Shown: positions 44,334-52,984 of the stretch, one piece after another
Position numbering within the stretch: the stretch's first letter is position 1
Layout of the letters: each line of letters starts with the position of its first letter
Notes under the pieces: model-generated
Database searches by the model: none
What the model was told of the DNA's origin: nothing
What the model saw: only the letters and a program-made list of their open reading frames with translations
From: an uncultured virus (IMG/VR IMGVR_UViG_3300012277_000001)
Lineage: Duplodnaviria; Heunggongvirae; Uroviricota; Caudoviricetes
Reading direction: 5' to 3' (one strand)
Virus record (IMG/VR): IMGVR_UViG_3300012277_000001
Coordinates: 248,001-307,943 of that record
DNA length: 59,943 nucleotides
Translations under genes and position numbers: made by a program

Positions 44334-45809
44334 ATGACCAACGTTACCCACACCCAAACTGCTCTGCTGGTTGCTGCTGTTGAAACCCTGAACAAAGTTC
44401 TGTCGGATGCCAAAAAGGGCGGCGTTGCCGTTCCGGGCCTCGGCACCGAAGTTGGCGAAGGCATCAAACTGCGCGACCTGAAAAACTTCCTGAAGGAATT
44501 CAAGGCCAAGCAAGCCAGCGCCAAAGCACCAGCTGAAAAAGCTGCTGCACCGAAAACCGAAGCGCCTAAAGCAACCCCAGCCAAGGCCGAACCGGTGGAA
44601 CTGAAAAGCGCTGCCATCGTCGAAGCTGGCACCGTCAAAATCGGTCGCAACACCGAAACCGTTCTTCGCGTCCGCAACATCAGCGGCGTGCGCACTGCTG
44701 TAACTGACAAAGGCACCCGCATTGCCGCCGCTGATCTGGAGTTCAACAATCGCGGCGCCCTGCGCGTGAAGCTGGATTGCGAAGCCAAGTACAACGGCAA
44801 AGCCGCCCCGGCCAAAAAGCCAGCCGCCGAAGTGCAGGAAGACTTCGCAGAAGAGAAATCGAGCAAGCCTGCGAAGCCTGCAACCAAGCCAGCCGCCAAA
44901 GCTGACGACACCCGCAAGTTCCCGATCCGCGTCCTGAAAATCAAAAAGACGCCGATGATCGAAAGCATCGAGTATGACCGCAACACTAAAACCCTGTTCG
45001 TTACCCTGAAAGGCGGCGTGCAGTGGGCATACGAAGGCGTTGCACTGAGCGAAGCCCGCGATCTGGAACAAGCGGCGCAGCCGTGGAAGCATTACAGCGC
45101 GCATATCGCCAACGGTAAGAAAGGCGAGAAAGTGACCAAAGCACAGGCCACTACTGCCCCTGCACCAGCCCCGAAAGCTGGTAACAAAGCCCCGGCAAAA
45201 CCTGCTGCATCGGCGCCTATCAGCACTTCGCGCCTGCGTGCCGAAGGTTTTGTAGATGGCCGCACCAAAGAGCAAGTGCTGAACATTTCCAAAAACAAGG
45301 AAACCGGTGAGCGCTTCGTGAACACCGTTAGCGGCAAGAAAGTACCGCTGGCGTTCATCATCGAAGTGAAAAACAAGTTCCGCGTTTCCGATCTGGCAGG
45401 CATCGCAGACGCTATGGAAAAGGCCGGTGTGGCTTCGCGTGACGCCAAAGCAGGTTCCAAGGTTGCCGCCGAAAAGCCAGCCGAGAACACCCGCAAGGCG
45501 CAGGCAAACGGCAAGGCTGAAAAGCTGAATTTCGCAGCCGCTGAAGGCAAAGGTAGCACCAAAGCACGCGCCAAAGTGGTATCGGAAAAACCTACCCGCG
45601 CTTTCGTCAAAGAACAGGGGGTGCGCGTGGTGAAAGGCTCCAAAGAAAAGCTGGTCGATATCCTGCGTGTCGTTAAGCGCGGTGAAGTTCTGACCGCTGT
45701 ATCGGCTGCTGAAGGCCACGCGGGTATCCCGTTCGATCTGATCATGTCTTTTGATGGTCAACCAACCTTCACCGGCAAGCTGACCGCCGCCGAGTTCCAC
45801 GCCCTGTAA
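44334..45809 (+). CDS. Lys/Ala/Pro-rich histone-like protein with internal KTSC domain
   Basis: KPAAK-type linkers; I.SI.YD....TL.V..KGG..W.YEGV.......L..A.....Y...I matches KTSC; extreme codon bias. Confidence 0.75.
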   Translation: MTNVTHTQTALLVAAVETLNKVLSDAKKGGVAVPGLGTEVGEGIKLRDLKNFLKEFKAKQASAKAPAEKAAAPKTEAPKATPAKAEPVELKSAAIVEAGTVKIGRNTETVLRVRNISGVRTAVTDKGTRIAAADLEFNNRGALRVKLDCEAKYNGKAAPAKKPAAEVQEDFAEEKSSKPAKPATKPAAKADDTRKFPIRVLKIKKTPMIESIEYDRNTKTLFVTLKGGVQWAYEGVALSEARDLEQAAQPWKHYSAHIANGKKGEKVTKAQATTAPAPAPKAGNKAPAKPAASAPISTSRLRAEGFVDGRTKEQVLNISKNKETGERFVNTVSGKKVPLAFIIEVKNKFRVSDLAGIADAMEKAGVASRDAKAGSKVAAEKPAENTRKAQANGKAEKLNFAAAEGKGSTKARAKVVSEKPTRAFVKEQGVRVVKGSKEKLVDILRVVKRGEVLTAVSAAEGHAGIPFDLIMSFDGQPTFTGKLTAAEFHAL

Positions 45810-45829
45810 GGCAGGGCGTTACATTTGCA

Positions 45830-45865
45830 AACCCCCGGCGTAGAAATACAAAGGGGGTTATTTTT
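45830..45865 (+). terminator. Probable intrinsic terminator
   Basis: aaccccc...gggggtt with internal gta-gaaa-tac, then attttt. Confidence 0.6.
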
Positions 45866-45900
45866 CGTCCGTGGTTTTCCATTAGCAAGGAGGAATTCTA

Positions 45901-46542
45901 ATGGAACAATTTTTCGGCTTTAAAGGCGTAATGATCACCATCGGGTTAGGTATCGTTGTCTGCTTTTTCATTCTTTGGCGATTGACCGCCAACGAAAAGC
46001 GCGAAGTTCGTACAACCGAAACCCTGTCAGATTTTGACGCTGCCGTTTCCCCTGCATTGCAGGAGGAAAGTTTCTGGTCTGCGCCCAAGCAGGATATGCC
46101 GCTTCGTGACATTGCGTTCACACGCGAAGAACGCGAACTAGCAAGGCAGGCCGCGAACGCTCTTCAGGCCGTTGCAGATTCCGACCCTGTGCCGGAAACT
46201 GTAAATGTTGAAGTAGCGCCAAAACCCCGGTTCGATTATCCCAACTACGAAGGCTTTCCCTGTGAAGGCACGTCGTATGACGAATTCGAACTCTCGATGC
46301 GGCAACACGGCTTCGTGATGCGCTTCGACATGCGGGCACAGCAGGTTCACGTTTTCTATTCGCAGCCAAAAGTGGCACGCGGCCCGATGGATGTTTTGCG
46401 GCGTCTGTATCGTGCGCCGCTAGAAATCTTCCCGTCGAACCTGCTGCACGAAGAGGGCCGCAAGCGCACCGCCCTTTGGGCCATGCGTAAATTTAAATCG
46501 GAAGAGAAACGGGCCGAACTCGACTCTTTCACCTACCTGTGA
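45901..46542 (+). CDS. Membrane-anchored hypothetical protein
   Basis: SD AGGAGG; N-terminal TM segment. Confidence 0.75.
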   Translation: MEQFFGFKGVMITIGLGIVVCFFILWRLTANEKREVRTTETLSDFDAAVSPALQEESFWSAPKQDMPLRDIAFTREERELARQAANALQAVADSDPVPETVNVEVAPKPRFDYPNYEGFPCEGTSYDEFELSMRQHGFVMRFDMRAQQVHVFYSQPKVARGPMDVLRRLYRAPLEIFPSNLLHEEGRKRTALWAMRKFKSEEKRAELDSFTYL

Positions 46543-46548
46543 GGCTAC

Positions 46549-47001
46549 ATGAAAACTGGTAAGTCGTATCCGATCACCATGGACGTTAATCGCCGCGATA
46601 TAGATTTCGACGACCGTGTGGAAACGCACGACCAGCACGGCGATTTCGATCTGGAAATTGTGCTACGTGACGACGCTTGCCGCCGTAAATTCGCAACCGT
46701 GATGATTCCTGCCGGTCGCATGATGGCGGCATTGGGCAACCGCTCACACGTCCCGTGCACAATCGAATTCGGGGAACATTTCCCGCTGTTTGGGAAATCC
46801 CGCGAAACCAAAACGATCTGGATTAAAGAACAGAAAAAAACCGGCGGTAAAAGCGAACCCAAGATTCCTGCAAAGTACATAGCCGAAGGCTGGGAATATT
46901 ACAGCGGTTACGGCAGTTCCCGTTCTGGTGAATTGCGCGATGGCCAGTGGCATTACCCATGCACCCTGCAACGTTTTGTCGAAGAAGAACCCGAGGAATA
47001 A
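46549..47001 (+). CDS. Hypothetical protein
   Basis: SD GAGG. Confidence 0.75.
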   Translation: MKTGKSYPITMDVNRRDIDFDDRVETHDQHGDFDLEIVLRDDACRRKFATVMIPAGRMMAALGNRSHVPCTIEFGEHFPLFGKSRETKTIWIKEQKKTGGKSEPKIPAKYIAEGWEYYSGYGSSRSGELRDGQWHYPCTLQRFVEEEPEE

Positions 47002-47003
47002 AA

Positions 47004-47588
47004 ATGGCACGTGCAAAAAAGAAAGTCGAAGAACCGGCCATCGACCCAGCTATTGCGTGGAGCGCCAGCGAAACCGTACGCCTTGAAGGGCTGCGCGAAC
47101 TGTTCAAAGCGACCGGCCTGCAAATCGACGAACTGAAGGCCGCGCAACATCGCGGAATCAACGTCGAAGAATTCCGCCGCCGCGTTAAAGCCGAAGAAAA
47201 ACGCCAAGACAAAATCGTGGCGCGTTTGAAAGCAGCGACCGAAGAAATGGGCGGCACCGTTTCCAGCGTCGAATCCACCGGCATTTTCGGTGACGCGCAA
47301 TACACGTGGTATTTCAAATTCAAGCTGAGCAACAAATGGTCACTTGAATTTACGCTGTGCCGTGGGCCGGAAGCAGACGCCTACGATTTGCCGCTGTCGT
47401 TCCAGTGGCGTGTCTGGTGCCATGGTCGCAAGGCATTCGGGCGAACCGCTTTCGTCACCCCATACAACGATCACGATTATCACGATTGTGAATCGGTGCC
47501 TGAACTCAAAAAGGCAATTAAAATGGCCGTCAAGTGGTTGAACGACACACGCGGCTCCGACAACAAAAAAGAAATCAAACTCGCCTGA
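47004..47588 (+). CDS. Hypothetical protein
   Basis: SD GAGGA. Confidence 0.75.
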   Translation: MARAKKKVEEPAIDPAIAWSASETVRLEGLRELFKATGLQIDELKAAQHRGINVEEFRRRVKAEEKRQDKIVARLKAATEEMGGTVSSVESTGIFGDAQYTWYFKFKLSNKWSLEFTLCRGPEADAYDLPLSFQWRVWCHGRKAFGRTAFVTPYNDHDYHDCESVPELKKAIKMAVKWLNDTRGSDNKKEIKLA

Positions 47589-47606
47589 TCAGGCTAAGGG
47601 ATAATT

Positions 47607-48002
47607 ATGCTTTCGCTGATGTTGAATTTGTGTCTTGCGGGTCAACCGTGCAAGGAAGTGCGTGTCGCGGATTTCTTCACGGCGCAGGCTAGTTTCATGT
47701 GCGAGTTTAATCGCGAAGGTATGCAGGAATCGGCCCGCAAAGAAAACCGACCGGGCACCTTCAGCTGCAAAGCCGGGCAGGCACAGGAAAAGTTGAAACC
47801 GCTGGCCACCCTGAATTTCAGCGTGTGTCTCGCCAGTGGAAAACCCGGTGAAGCCTGCGAGGGTTTCGCGCTTGCTTATTTCTACGGCGCAGAATATGCG
47901 GAACCGGCATGTGCAAAGAATGCCGCGCTTATGCGACCTGCGTTTGAGCAAGCCGCGAATGAGTCTGGCGCCCGCGCTAAACTCGACTGCTCTTCTATCT
48001 AG
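47607..48002 (+). CDS. Cys-containing protein with internal duplication
   Basis: Two L...CLA..(PC/AC).....A.F......C..N...M units. Confidence 0.7.
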   Translation: MLSLMLNLCLAGQPCKEVRVADFFTAQASFMCEFNREGMQESARKENRPGTFSCKAGQAQEKLKPLATLNFSVCLASGKPGEACEGFALAYFYGAEYAEPACAKNAALMRPAFEQAANESGARAKLDCSSI

Positions 48003-48011
48003 GGGCATATC

Positions 48012-48290
48012 ATGGTTTTGAGTTCTGGACAGGTAGCAATACTATTTCTGGTGATGGGGTGCGCAGCCGCGATTCTGAGCATGCTACAAATTCACAGCCG
48101 GTTGCGTAACGCTCAAATCAGGGCGCAGTTGGCAGAATCGAAAGCAATGTTGTTGGAGGTCGAGAACCTGCAACTGCGCAATCGTAGGAAGTACGCCAAT
48201 CATGGGCAAGGTCCAACAAACGCAAAACCCGAACCGGAAGGTGCAACGTTCGAGCTTTGCAAGAAGACCGGCAGTTGGCGCGTGACATGA
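48012..48290 (+). CDS. Small membrane protein with coiled coil
   Basis: SD AGGGG; N-terminal TM segment. Confidence 0.65.
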   Translation: MVLSSGQVAILFLVMGCAAAILSMLQIHSRLRNAQIRAQLAESKAMLLEVENLQLRNRRKYANHGQGPTNAKPEPEGATFELCKKTGSWRVT

Positions 48291-48293
48291 ACG

Positions 48294-48326
48294 AAAGGCT
48301 CCCCAGTTTGCGCTGGTGGGGCCTTT
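48294..48326 (+). terminator. Probable terminator
   Basis: aaaggctcc.cag/ctg..ggggccttt stem. Confidence 0.6.
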
Positions 48327-48426
48327 CTGCGTTTCTGGCCCCGACCCACGGTTTCCCCCTGCCCTATACGCGGGCGGGCGCGTGTGCGCTTGTATAGGGG
48401 CCGTTGCGGGGCTTCAACATCGGCTG

Positions 48427-48514
48427 TTGACATTGGGTAGGCCGTTTGTTACCTTTGGGCCAAGTCGGGCATCGCCTGCCTGACAAACAGCCACTCACGC
48501 AATTAGGGAAGTTT
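48427..48514 (+). promoter_or_regulatory. Sigma70 promoter plus conserved leader, copy 5
   Basis: TTGACA-17-TACCTT (TGn); gtcgggca/tgcctgac hairpin; CACTCAC-N7-GGGAAGTTT. Confidence 0.85.
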
Positions 48515-48518
48515 AGAA

Positions 48519-48665
48519 ATGGCCTACGCAACGACAGTCAAACGCAAACCCGCTGTAGCCGCTAAATCGTGGGATTGGGATTCCGCGTTCCGCAAGGAAA
48601 GCGCTACCCGCGAAAAAGAAGTGACGGACGCCGCTCGCCGCTTCCGCAAATCCATCAGCCAATAA
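48519..48665 (+). CDS. 48-aa basic early peptide (below ORF-track cutoff)
   Basis: ATG at the same offset from the leader motif as in copy 2; MAYATTVKRKPAVAAKSWDWDSAFRKE... Confidence 0.75.
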   Translation: MAYATTVKRKPAVAAKSWDWDSAFRKESATREKEVTDAARRFRKSISQ

Positions 48666-48677
48666 GGAACCGCCATC

Positions 48678-48956
48678 ATGGGCCGCATTGCAAACCGCAT
48701 TAAACCGCTGGGTTACGAAATCCGTTTGAAATCGGGCGTCACTGTTTTGAGTCGGGGCGTCGGTGATTCCCAGCTGACCATGAAACAGCAGGCACACAAA
48801 GTCTGCACCAGCGAAACAAAAGGTGCTGTCGTGCTGCGCTACTTCAAACGCCCTGACGACACCATTCAGGAGGATCGGTTCTACGCCGTCGAATGGTCGG
48901 AAACGTTGGGTCACGCAAAAGAAGTAAATGCCACTGCGTTCACCTTCGCCCCGTAA
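48678..48956 (+). CDS. Hypothetical protein
   Basis: SD AAGGA. Confidence 0.75.
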   Translation: MGRIANRIKPLGYEIRLKSGVTVLSRGVGDSQLTMKQQAHKVCTSETKGAVVLRYFKRPDDTIQEDRFYAVEWSETLGHAKEVNATAFTFAP

Positions 48957-48965
48957 GGAGGCGCC

Positions 48966-49184
48966 ATGCGAACGGCGACCATCATCAAAGCGCTAGGCTC
49001 GGATAAGCTGGCACTGTACAAGGGGAGTGGTTACTTTTACTTCACGTACGACGACCCACAACAAAACATTTTCGAAACGCACAGCATCGACGCTGTGTGT
49101 CGCCTAACCGACCTGACCCTAGAACAGTGGATCAGCGAAGGCAAAACCCTACTTACCAAAATCGAAACGGAGTACGCACAATGA
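48966..49184 (+). CDS. Hypothetical protein
   Basis: SD AAGGAGG. Confidence 0.8.
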   Translation: MRTATIIKALGSDKLALYKGSGYFYFTYDDPQQNIFETHSIDAVCRLTDLTLEQWISEGKTLLTKIETEYAQ

Positions 49185-49309
49185 ACCACCTTCCAGTTAA
49201 CGACCTGCTGACCGTTGTAGTTTTCGCCGCTGTTTTTGCGGTGCCTGTATACATCGAATGGCTGCGCAAACAAAGCCAACCCAAACCACGCGGCGCCACT
49301 AAAATCTAA
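49181..49309 (+). CDS. Small membrane peptide (42 aa)
   Basis: ATGA overlap, SD GGAG; one TM segment and basic tail. Confidence 0.65.
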   Translation: MNHLPVNDLLTVVVFAAVFAVPVYIEWLRKQSQPKPRGATKI

Positions 49310-49315
49310 CAGTGA

Positions 49316-49353
49316 GTTTTTTCTGCGCATCTAGAACGGTGCGCATATGAAAC
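49316..49353 (+). promoter_or_regulatory. GCAU-Y-N6-R-GUGC hairpin, copy 2
   Basis: tgcgcatc-tagaac-ggtgcgca with lower gtttt/gaaac stem. Confidence 0.75.
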
Positions 49354-49402
49354 GAAGCTGCATCCATAACCGCAACACACGATCCTTATCAGGAGCCACA
49401 AA

Positions 49403-49678
49403 ATGTTCCTAATGCATAACATCATCAAATCGCTTTTCCCCCAAGACCACGAAGTCAAATTGGTCGGCAAGTTTTCCAACGCCTGTGCCTACACCGTGGA
49501 AACCAAATTGGGCGACATTGAAATGCTTGTCGCGACCTTCACCGTGGATGCTGGCGACGAATTCGCCCTGACTACGTTGAACGGCGAAGCGTGCCAGAAA
49601 GGAACAGGCTTTGCGCAATTCAAGAAGGCGCTGAAATCGCAAGACCTGCTGTGCAAATTCGAAACCATCGAGGAATAA
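49403..49678 (+). CDS. Hypothetical protein
   Basis: SD AGGAG. Confidence 0.75.
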   Translation: MFLMHNIIKSLFPQDHEVKLVGKFSNACAYTVETKLGDIEMLVATFTVDAGDEFALTTLNGEACQKGTGFAQFKKALKSQDLLCKFETIEE

Positions 49679-49679
49679 A

Positions 49680-50012
49680 ATGGAAGCCCACGCACGGAGT
49701 CACCCACGCGCCGCCCGCATTCGTACGCTGGTCGAGGCCATGGACGAACACATGGTGCGCTTGACCCGGTTGCAGTTCAGCTATCTAGAAAACTTTTACT
49801 GCACCGAAAAGGAAATCGCTACGGCGATTTTCCTGCTTTACGATGGTTCTGAAATCTTTGGCCATTTCAAGGCCCACCACAAACACGGCACCAGCGTAAT
49901 TGATTTCGAAATCGAGAGAAATAACGTGGTGCTCGCAAAAGGAAGTGGTATCACAGAGTGGTGCCAGTATATGAAACAACGGGGCGTGCTGCGCCCTTGG
50001 GTAAGGCTATAA
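49680..50012 (+). CDS. Hypothetical protein
   Basis: SD GAGGA. Confidence 0.7.
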   Translation: MEAHARSHPRAARIRTLVEAMDEHMVRLTRLQFSYLENFYCTEKEIATAIFLLYDGSEIFGHFKAHHKHGTSVIDFEIERNNVVLAKGSGITEWCQYMKQRGVLRPWVRL

Positions 50013-50021
50013 GGAGGCACT

Positions 50022-50351
50022 ATGGAAAAGGTTGTCTGCATTAAAACCAAACAGGCGGTGAACGCTAGCGATGTGCAGCAGAAATTCCCCGCCGTGTATC
50101 AAACGCTGACCGAATCCGAAGCCCGCTGGGGAACGCGCCCTGACGGTTTTCTGGTGGCGTTGTCTGCCGCTGCTTTTCGTGCCCGCGCCAAAGATATCAT
50201 GGATGCGTGCAGTTACGAAGAATACACCCGCGTCGATGGTGATCCTATACCCTGCTTCGTCACTGCGGAAACTTACAAGGCAATGGCCGAAGGTAATGGT
50301 TCCCTTTGGCTACACATTAGCCAAAATGACAAAAGCTGGATGGTGCAGTAA
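50022..50351 (+). CDS. Hypothetical protein
   Basis: SD AAGGAGG. Confidence 0.8.
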   Translation: MEKVVCIKTKQAVNASDVQQKFPAVYQTLTESEARWGTRPDGFLVALSAAAFRARAKDIMDACSYEEYTRVDGDPIPCFVTAETYKAMAEGNGSLWLHISQNDKSWMVQ

Positions 50352-50629
50352 TGGCCGCAATTAAAGTGGGCAGCTACACACGCACAGCCGCAACGACCCA
50401 CGTTGTAAACCGCTGGCACATTCCCAACGGTAGCGATTACCATATGGCCCGCGTCGTGAATATTTTCTTCGACGATGAACAGGCGGCAATCGAATACCAA
50501 AAAGAATACAGGATGCCACCAGAAATGGCAGACCTGATGACGGTGGCCAAATACGATGATCTGATGGCGGCATCCTCCAAATCCTATTCGCAATACAAAA
50601 AGCGATTCCAGCAAGACTTCGATAAATAA
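50351..50629 (+). CDS. Hypothetical protein
   Basis: TAATG coupling. Confidence 0.7.
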   Translation: MAAIKVGSYTRTAATTHVVNRWHIPNGSDYHMARVVNIFFDDEQAAIEYQKEYRMPPEMADLMTVAKYDDLMAASSKSYSQYKKRFQQDFDK

Positions 50630-50632
50630 TCG

Positions 50633-50662
50633 CCGGTACGCATTCCAACGAGTGCGTATCGG
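50633..50662 (+). promoter_or_regulatory. GCAU-Y-N6-R-GUGC hairpin, copy 3
   Basis: ccggtacgcattc-caac-gagtgcgtatcgg. Confidence 0.75.
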
Positions 50663-50686
50663 GATGAAACACCGGAGGATCAACAA

Positions 50687-50890
50687 ATGGCTGTAGGTTG
50701 GGCACGCGAAGGCGACACTGAAAAAGAAACCGAGAACGCGATAGCGATGGAAATTTACCGGGCGCGTAAATCGCTGGCAGGGCCACCCCGTACCGAGTGC
50801 ATCGACTGCGACGAACCAATAGGCGAAGCGCGGCTGCGTGTTCACCCAACGGCCCAGCGCTGCATACGTTGCCAAGCCGCTAGGGAGTGA
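50687..50890 (+). CDS. DksA/TraR-family C4 zinc finger (YbiI-like)
   Basis: MA.GWA N-terminus; C.DC.EPI.EAR....P....C..CQ motif. Confidence 0.9.
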   Translation: MAVGWAREGDTEKETENAIAMEIYRARKSLAGPPRTECIDCDEPIGEARLRVHPTAQRCIRCQAARE

Positions 50891-51111
50891 TGCGTATGTT
50901 TGATTTCAAGGTTCACCAAATAACGGGCAGCACCTACGCCAGTCTCGAAATGATCGACGGCGATTACACGCTGTCGTACGATATCAATTTCCAAGACGAC
51001 CCGGAGGCCCGCGATTTCCCCGAAGAAAACGTGTGGGCGCGGGCGTGCTGCTACAACCATACAGAAAATAAATACTGGCCGGATGACGGCGAAACCGAAA
51101 ATTCCTACTGA
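50887..51111 (+). CDS. Small acidic hypothetical protein
   Basis: Overlap with upstream stop; SD GGGAG. Confidence 0.65.
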   Translation: MMRMFDFKVHQITGSTYASLEMIDGDYTLSYDINFQDDPEARDFPEENVWARACCYNHTENKYWPDDGETENSY

Positions 51112-51121
51112 GGACCGCATC

Positions 51122-51502
51122 ATGGAAAAATATCTGACGGTGCAACATTTCTTCTCGCTGTTCCCGTACTGGTACATAGCAGCCTGCTTCGTTACGGGCT
51201 TTATCGCGTTCCCGGCCATGTTGGCTGTTCTGGCTAAGCCGCTGGCGCGTGGTGTGTCTCACGGCCTGTACGAAGTTGTGCTGTATTGGAAAGCGGGTGT
51301 ACCCGTGTGGGGCATCTTCAAACGTTTCCTGCGCGTGATCTATTTCGATTTGCCGCTGTGGGGCATCCTGAATAGCACTGTAACCAAAACCAGCATAGGC
51401 CCCGCTTGCTGGTACGGCATATTCGGTTGGTACTACGAAAAGAGTTTCACCCGCGCCAATTCCCTGACCACCATAAAGGCCAATAAGGAGGCTACCAAGT
51501 GA
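51122..51502 (+). CDS. Membrane protein
   Basis: SD GAGGA; hydrophobic. Confidence 0.7.
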   Translation: MEKYLTVQHFFSLFPYWYIAACFVTGFIAFPAMLAVLAKPLARGVSHGLYEVVLYWKAGVPVWGIFKRFLRVIYFDLPLWGILNSTVTKTSIGPACWYGIFGWYYEKSFTRANSLTTIKANKEATK

Positions 51503-51735
51503 AAGCACGTGAACCGATGTGGACTCTTTCCGATTTGGCTGAAAATCAAAAGGTGGCGATTTCCACGCTGCGCGACCGCCTGCGCAAAGCACCGTTGCCC
51601 GAACGTAAAGTTGAATCTGCGCTGCCTGCCGGTAAGTTCGGCGCCGTGGCTAAATCTGATCGCTACTGCCGTTCTATGTTGCTGGAGTGGTTCCGCCAGC
51701 AGGATCAGCAAACCCCTTTTAAACGGAAGGCCTGA
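51499..51735 (+). CDS. Small HTH (excisionase/AlpA-like) protein
   Basis: WTLSDLAE...V..STLR.R motif; SD AGGAGG with GTG start. Confidence 0.65.
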   Translation: MKAREPMWTLSDLAENQKVAISTLRDRLRKAPLPERKVESALPAGKFGAVAKSDRYCRSMLLEWFRQQDQQTPFKRKA

Positions 51736-51737
51736 GC

Positions 51738-51935
51738 ATGCGTCCAGCGAATTACGTGACTGACCCGGAATGGTTGGCCGGTTCTGACTACAAGGAATGT
51801 GTACGCTGGGCGATTTATTCCCACAAACATTTTCTCAATACTCGGCGCCATGGTTTTCACATGGCTGCCGCTGAATACAAAATCGACCGTGCGTCGTTCC
51901 TACAGCGTGCGCGTCAATTGAGGCCTAAGCAATGA
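51738..51935 (+). CDS. Hypothetical protein
   Basis: Operon context. Confidence 0.65.
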   Translation: MRPANYVTDPEWLAGSDYKECVRWAIYSHKHFLNTRRHGFHMAAAEYKIDRASFLQRARQLRPKQ

Positions 51936-52285
51936 TCGAACTATTGGACAACCCCGAATCTGTAAATGAGTTGGTGGACGACCAGCGTGTAATGGTCGGC
52001 GGTGTTGAATGTATTTTCAGCTGCGACAACAAACGCGTGCCGCAATCCACCTATGTTTATCTGACCACCGCAAGTTCCCGAGTTACTGCCTACCACGAAG
52101 AGTTAGAAAGACTCGAAAAGAAAATGCGCGACGAAGGGCAGGACGAATTCGTTATCAGCATGGCCGGTCACTGCATCTACGGAGATTACATTTATAATTT
52201 CCGCCAGACTGAAAACGGGGCGGCTATGATGAACCGCGAACAGATGATCGACATTCTTAAAAGCGGCCAGTACGTTCTGGCGTAA
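51932..52285 (+). CDS. Hypothetical protein
   Basis: ATGA overlap, SD GAGG. Confidence 0.7.
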   Translation: MIELLDNPESVNELVDDQRVMVGGVECIFSCDNKRVPQSTYVYLTTASSRVTAYHEELERLEKKMRDEGQDEFVISMAGHCIYGDYIYNFRQTENGAAMMNREQMIDILKSGQYVLA

Positions 52286-52294
52286 GGAGACACA

Positions 52295-52984
52295 ATGAAT
52301 ATTCCAACTTGGGCCACCGTAATTCTTTTGGCGTGCGCGCTGTTTGTTCTGTGGCGACACGTATTGCCAAAATTGCCCTACGCAGTTGCGGCCTTCGTCG
52401 GGTTTATGCTCCACCAGCAGGCAGCCAAGGCAATCGGCGTACATCGCGGGCCTATTTGGGCACACGCCCCGCATTTCATTTTGCGAGCGTATAAAACGCG
52501 CATGCAGTACCAAACAACCCTGCGCTATCCAGACCTCGATTACAATTACGCGAAGGGCATCGTCAACAACATTACCAAGGGCGAGCGTTGGTTAGATTCG
52601 ATGGCGCATTACCTTTCCATGGGCCGACACAACGCCACGGTTACGGTGATCAAGAATGGCCCCGATCTGAAAGTTAATGAAACGCTGGAATACGTGGTAG
52701 GTGTTTTGCCCGGTAACGAAGATTACGCACCGATGCGTGCGTTGATCTTGCACCCAATGTCGGACGCCGTTGAATCCATTATCGGCTTCGATCTGGCCAA
52801 ACTTCAAAAAGCTGTAAAACACTATATGCCTGACGTTGAGGCCATCATGGTTTACGAACCGCGCTCGCTGGTTGACGGCAAGTGGAACACCATCGCTTAC
52901 CTGTCGGCATTCGAAGGCAGTATGTGCGGCGAGTGGTACGACGTAGACCACCTGATGTTTAAAATCCCCAAGGACGAAAAATGA
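52295..52984 (+). CDS. Membrane-anchored hypothetical protein
   Basis: SD AAGGAG; N-terminal TM segment. Confidence 0.75.
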   Translation: MNIPTWATVILLACALFVLWRHVLPKLPYAVAAFVGFMLHQQAAKAIGVHRGPIWAHAPHFILRAYKTRMQYQTTLRYPDLDYNYAKGIVNNITKGERWLDSMAHYLSMGRHNATVTVIKNGPDLKVNETLEYVVGVLPGNEDYAPMRALILHPMSDAVESIIGFDLAKLQKAVKHYMPDVEAIMVYEPRSLVDGKWNTIAYLSAFEGSMCGEWYDVDHLMFKIPKDEK

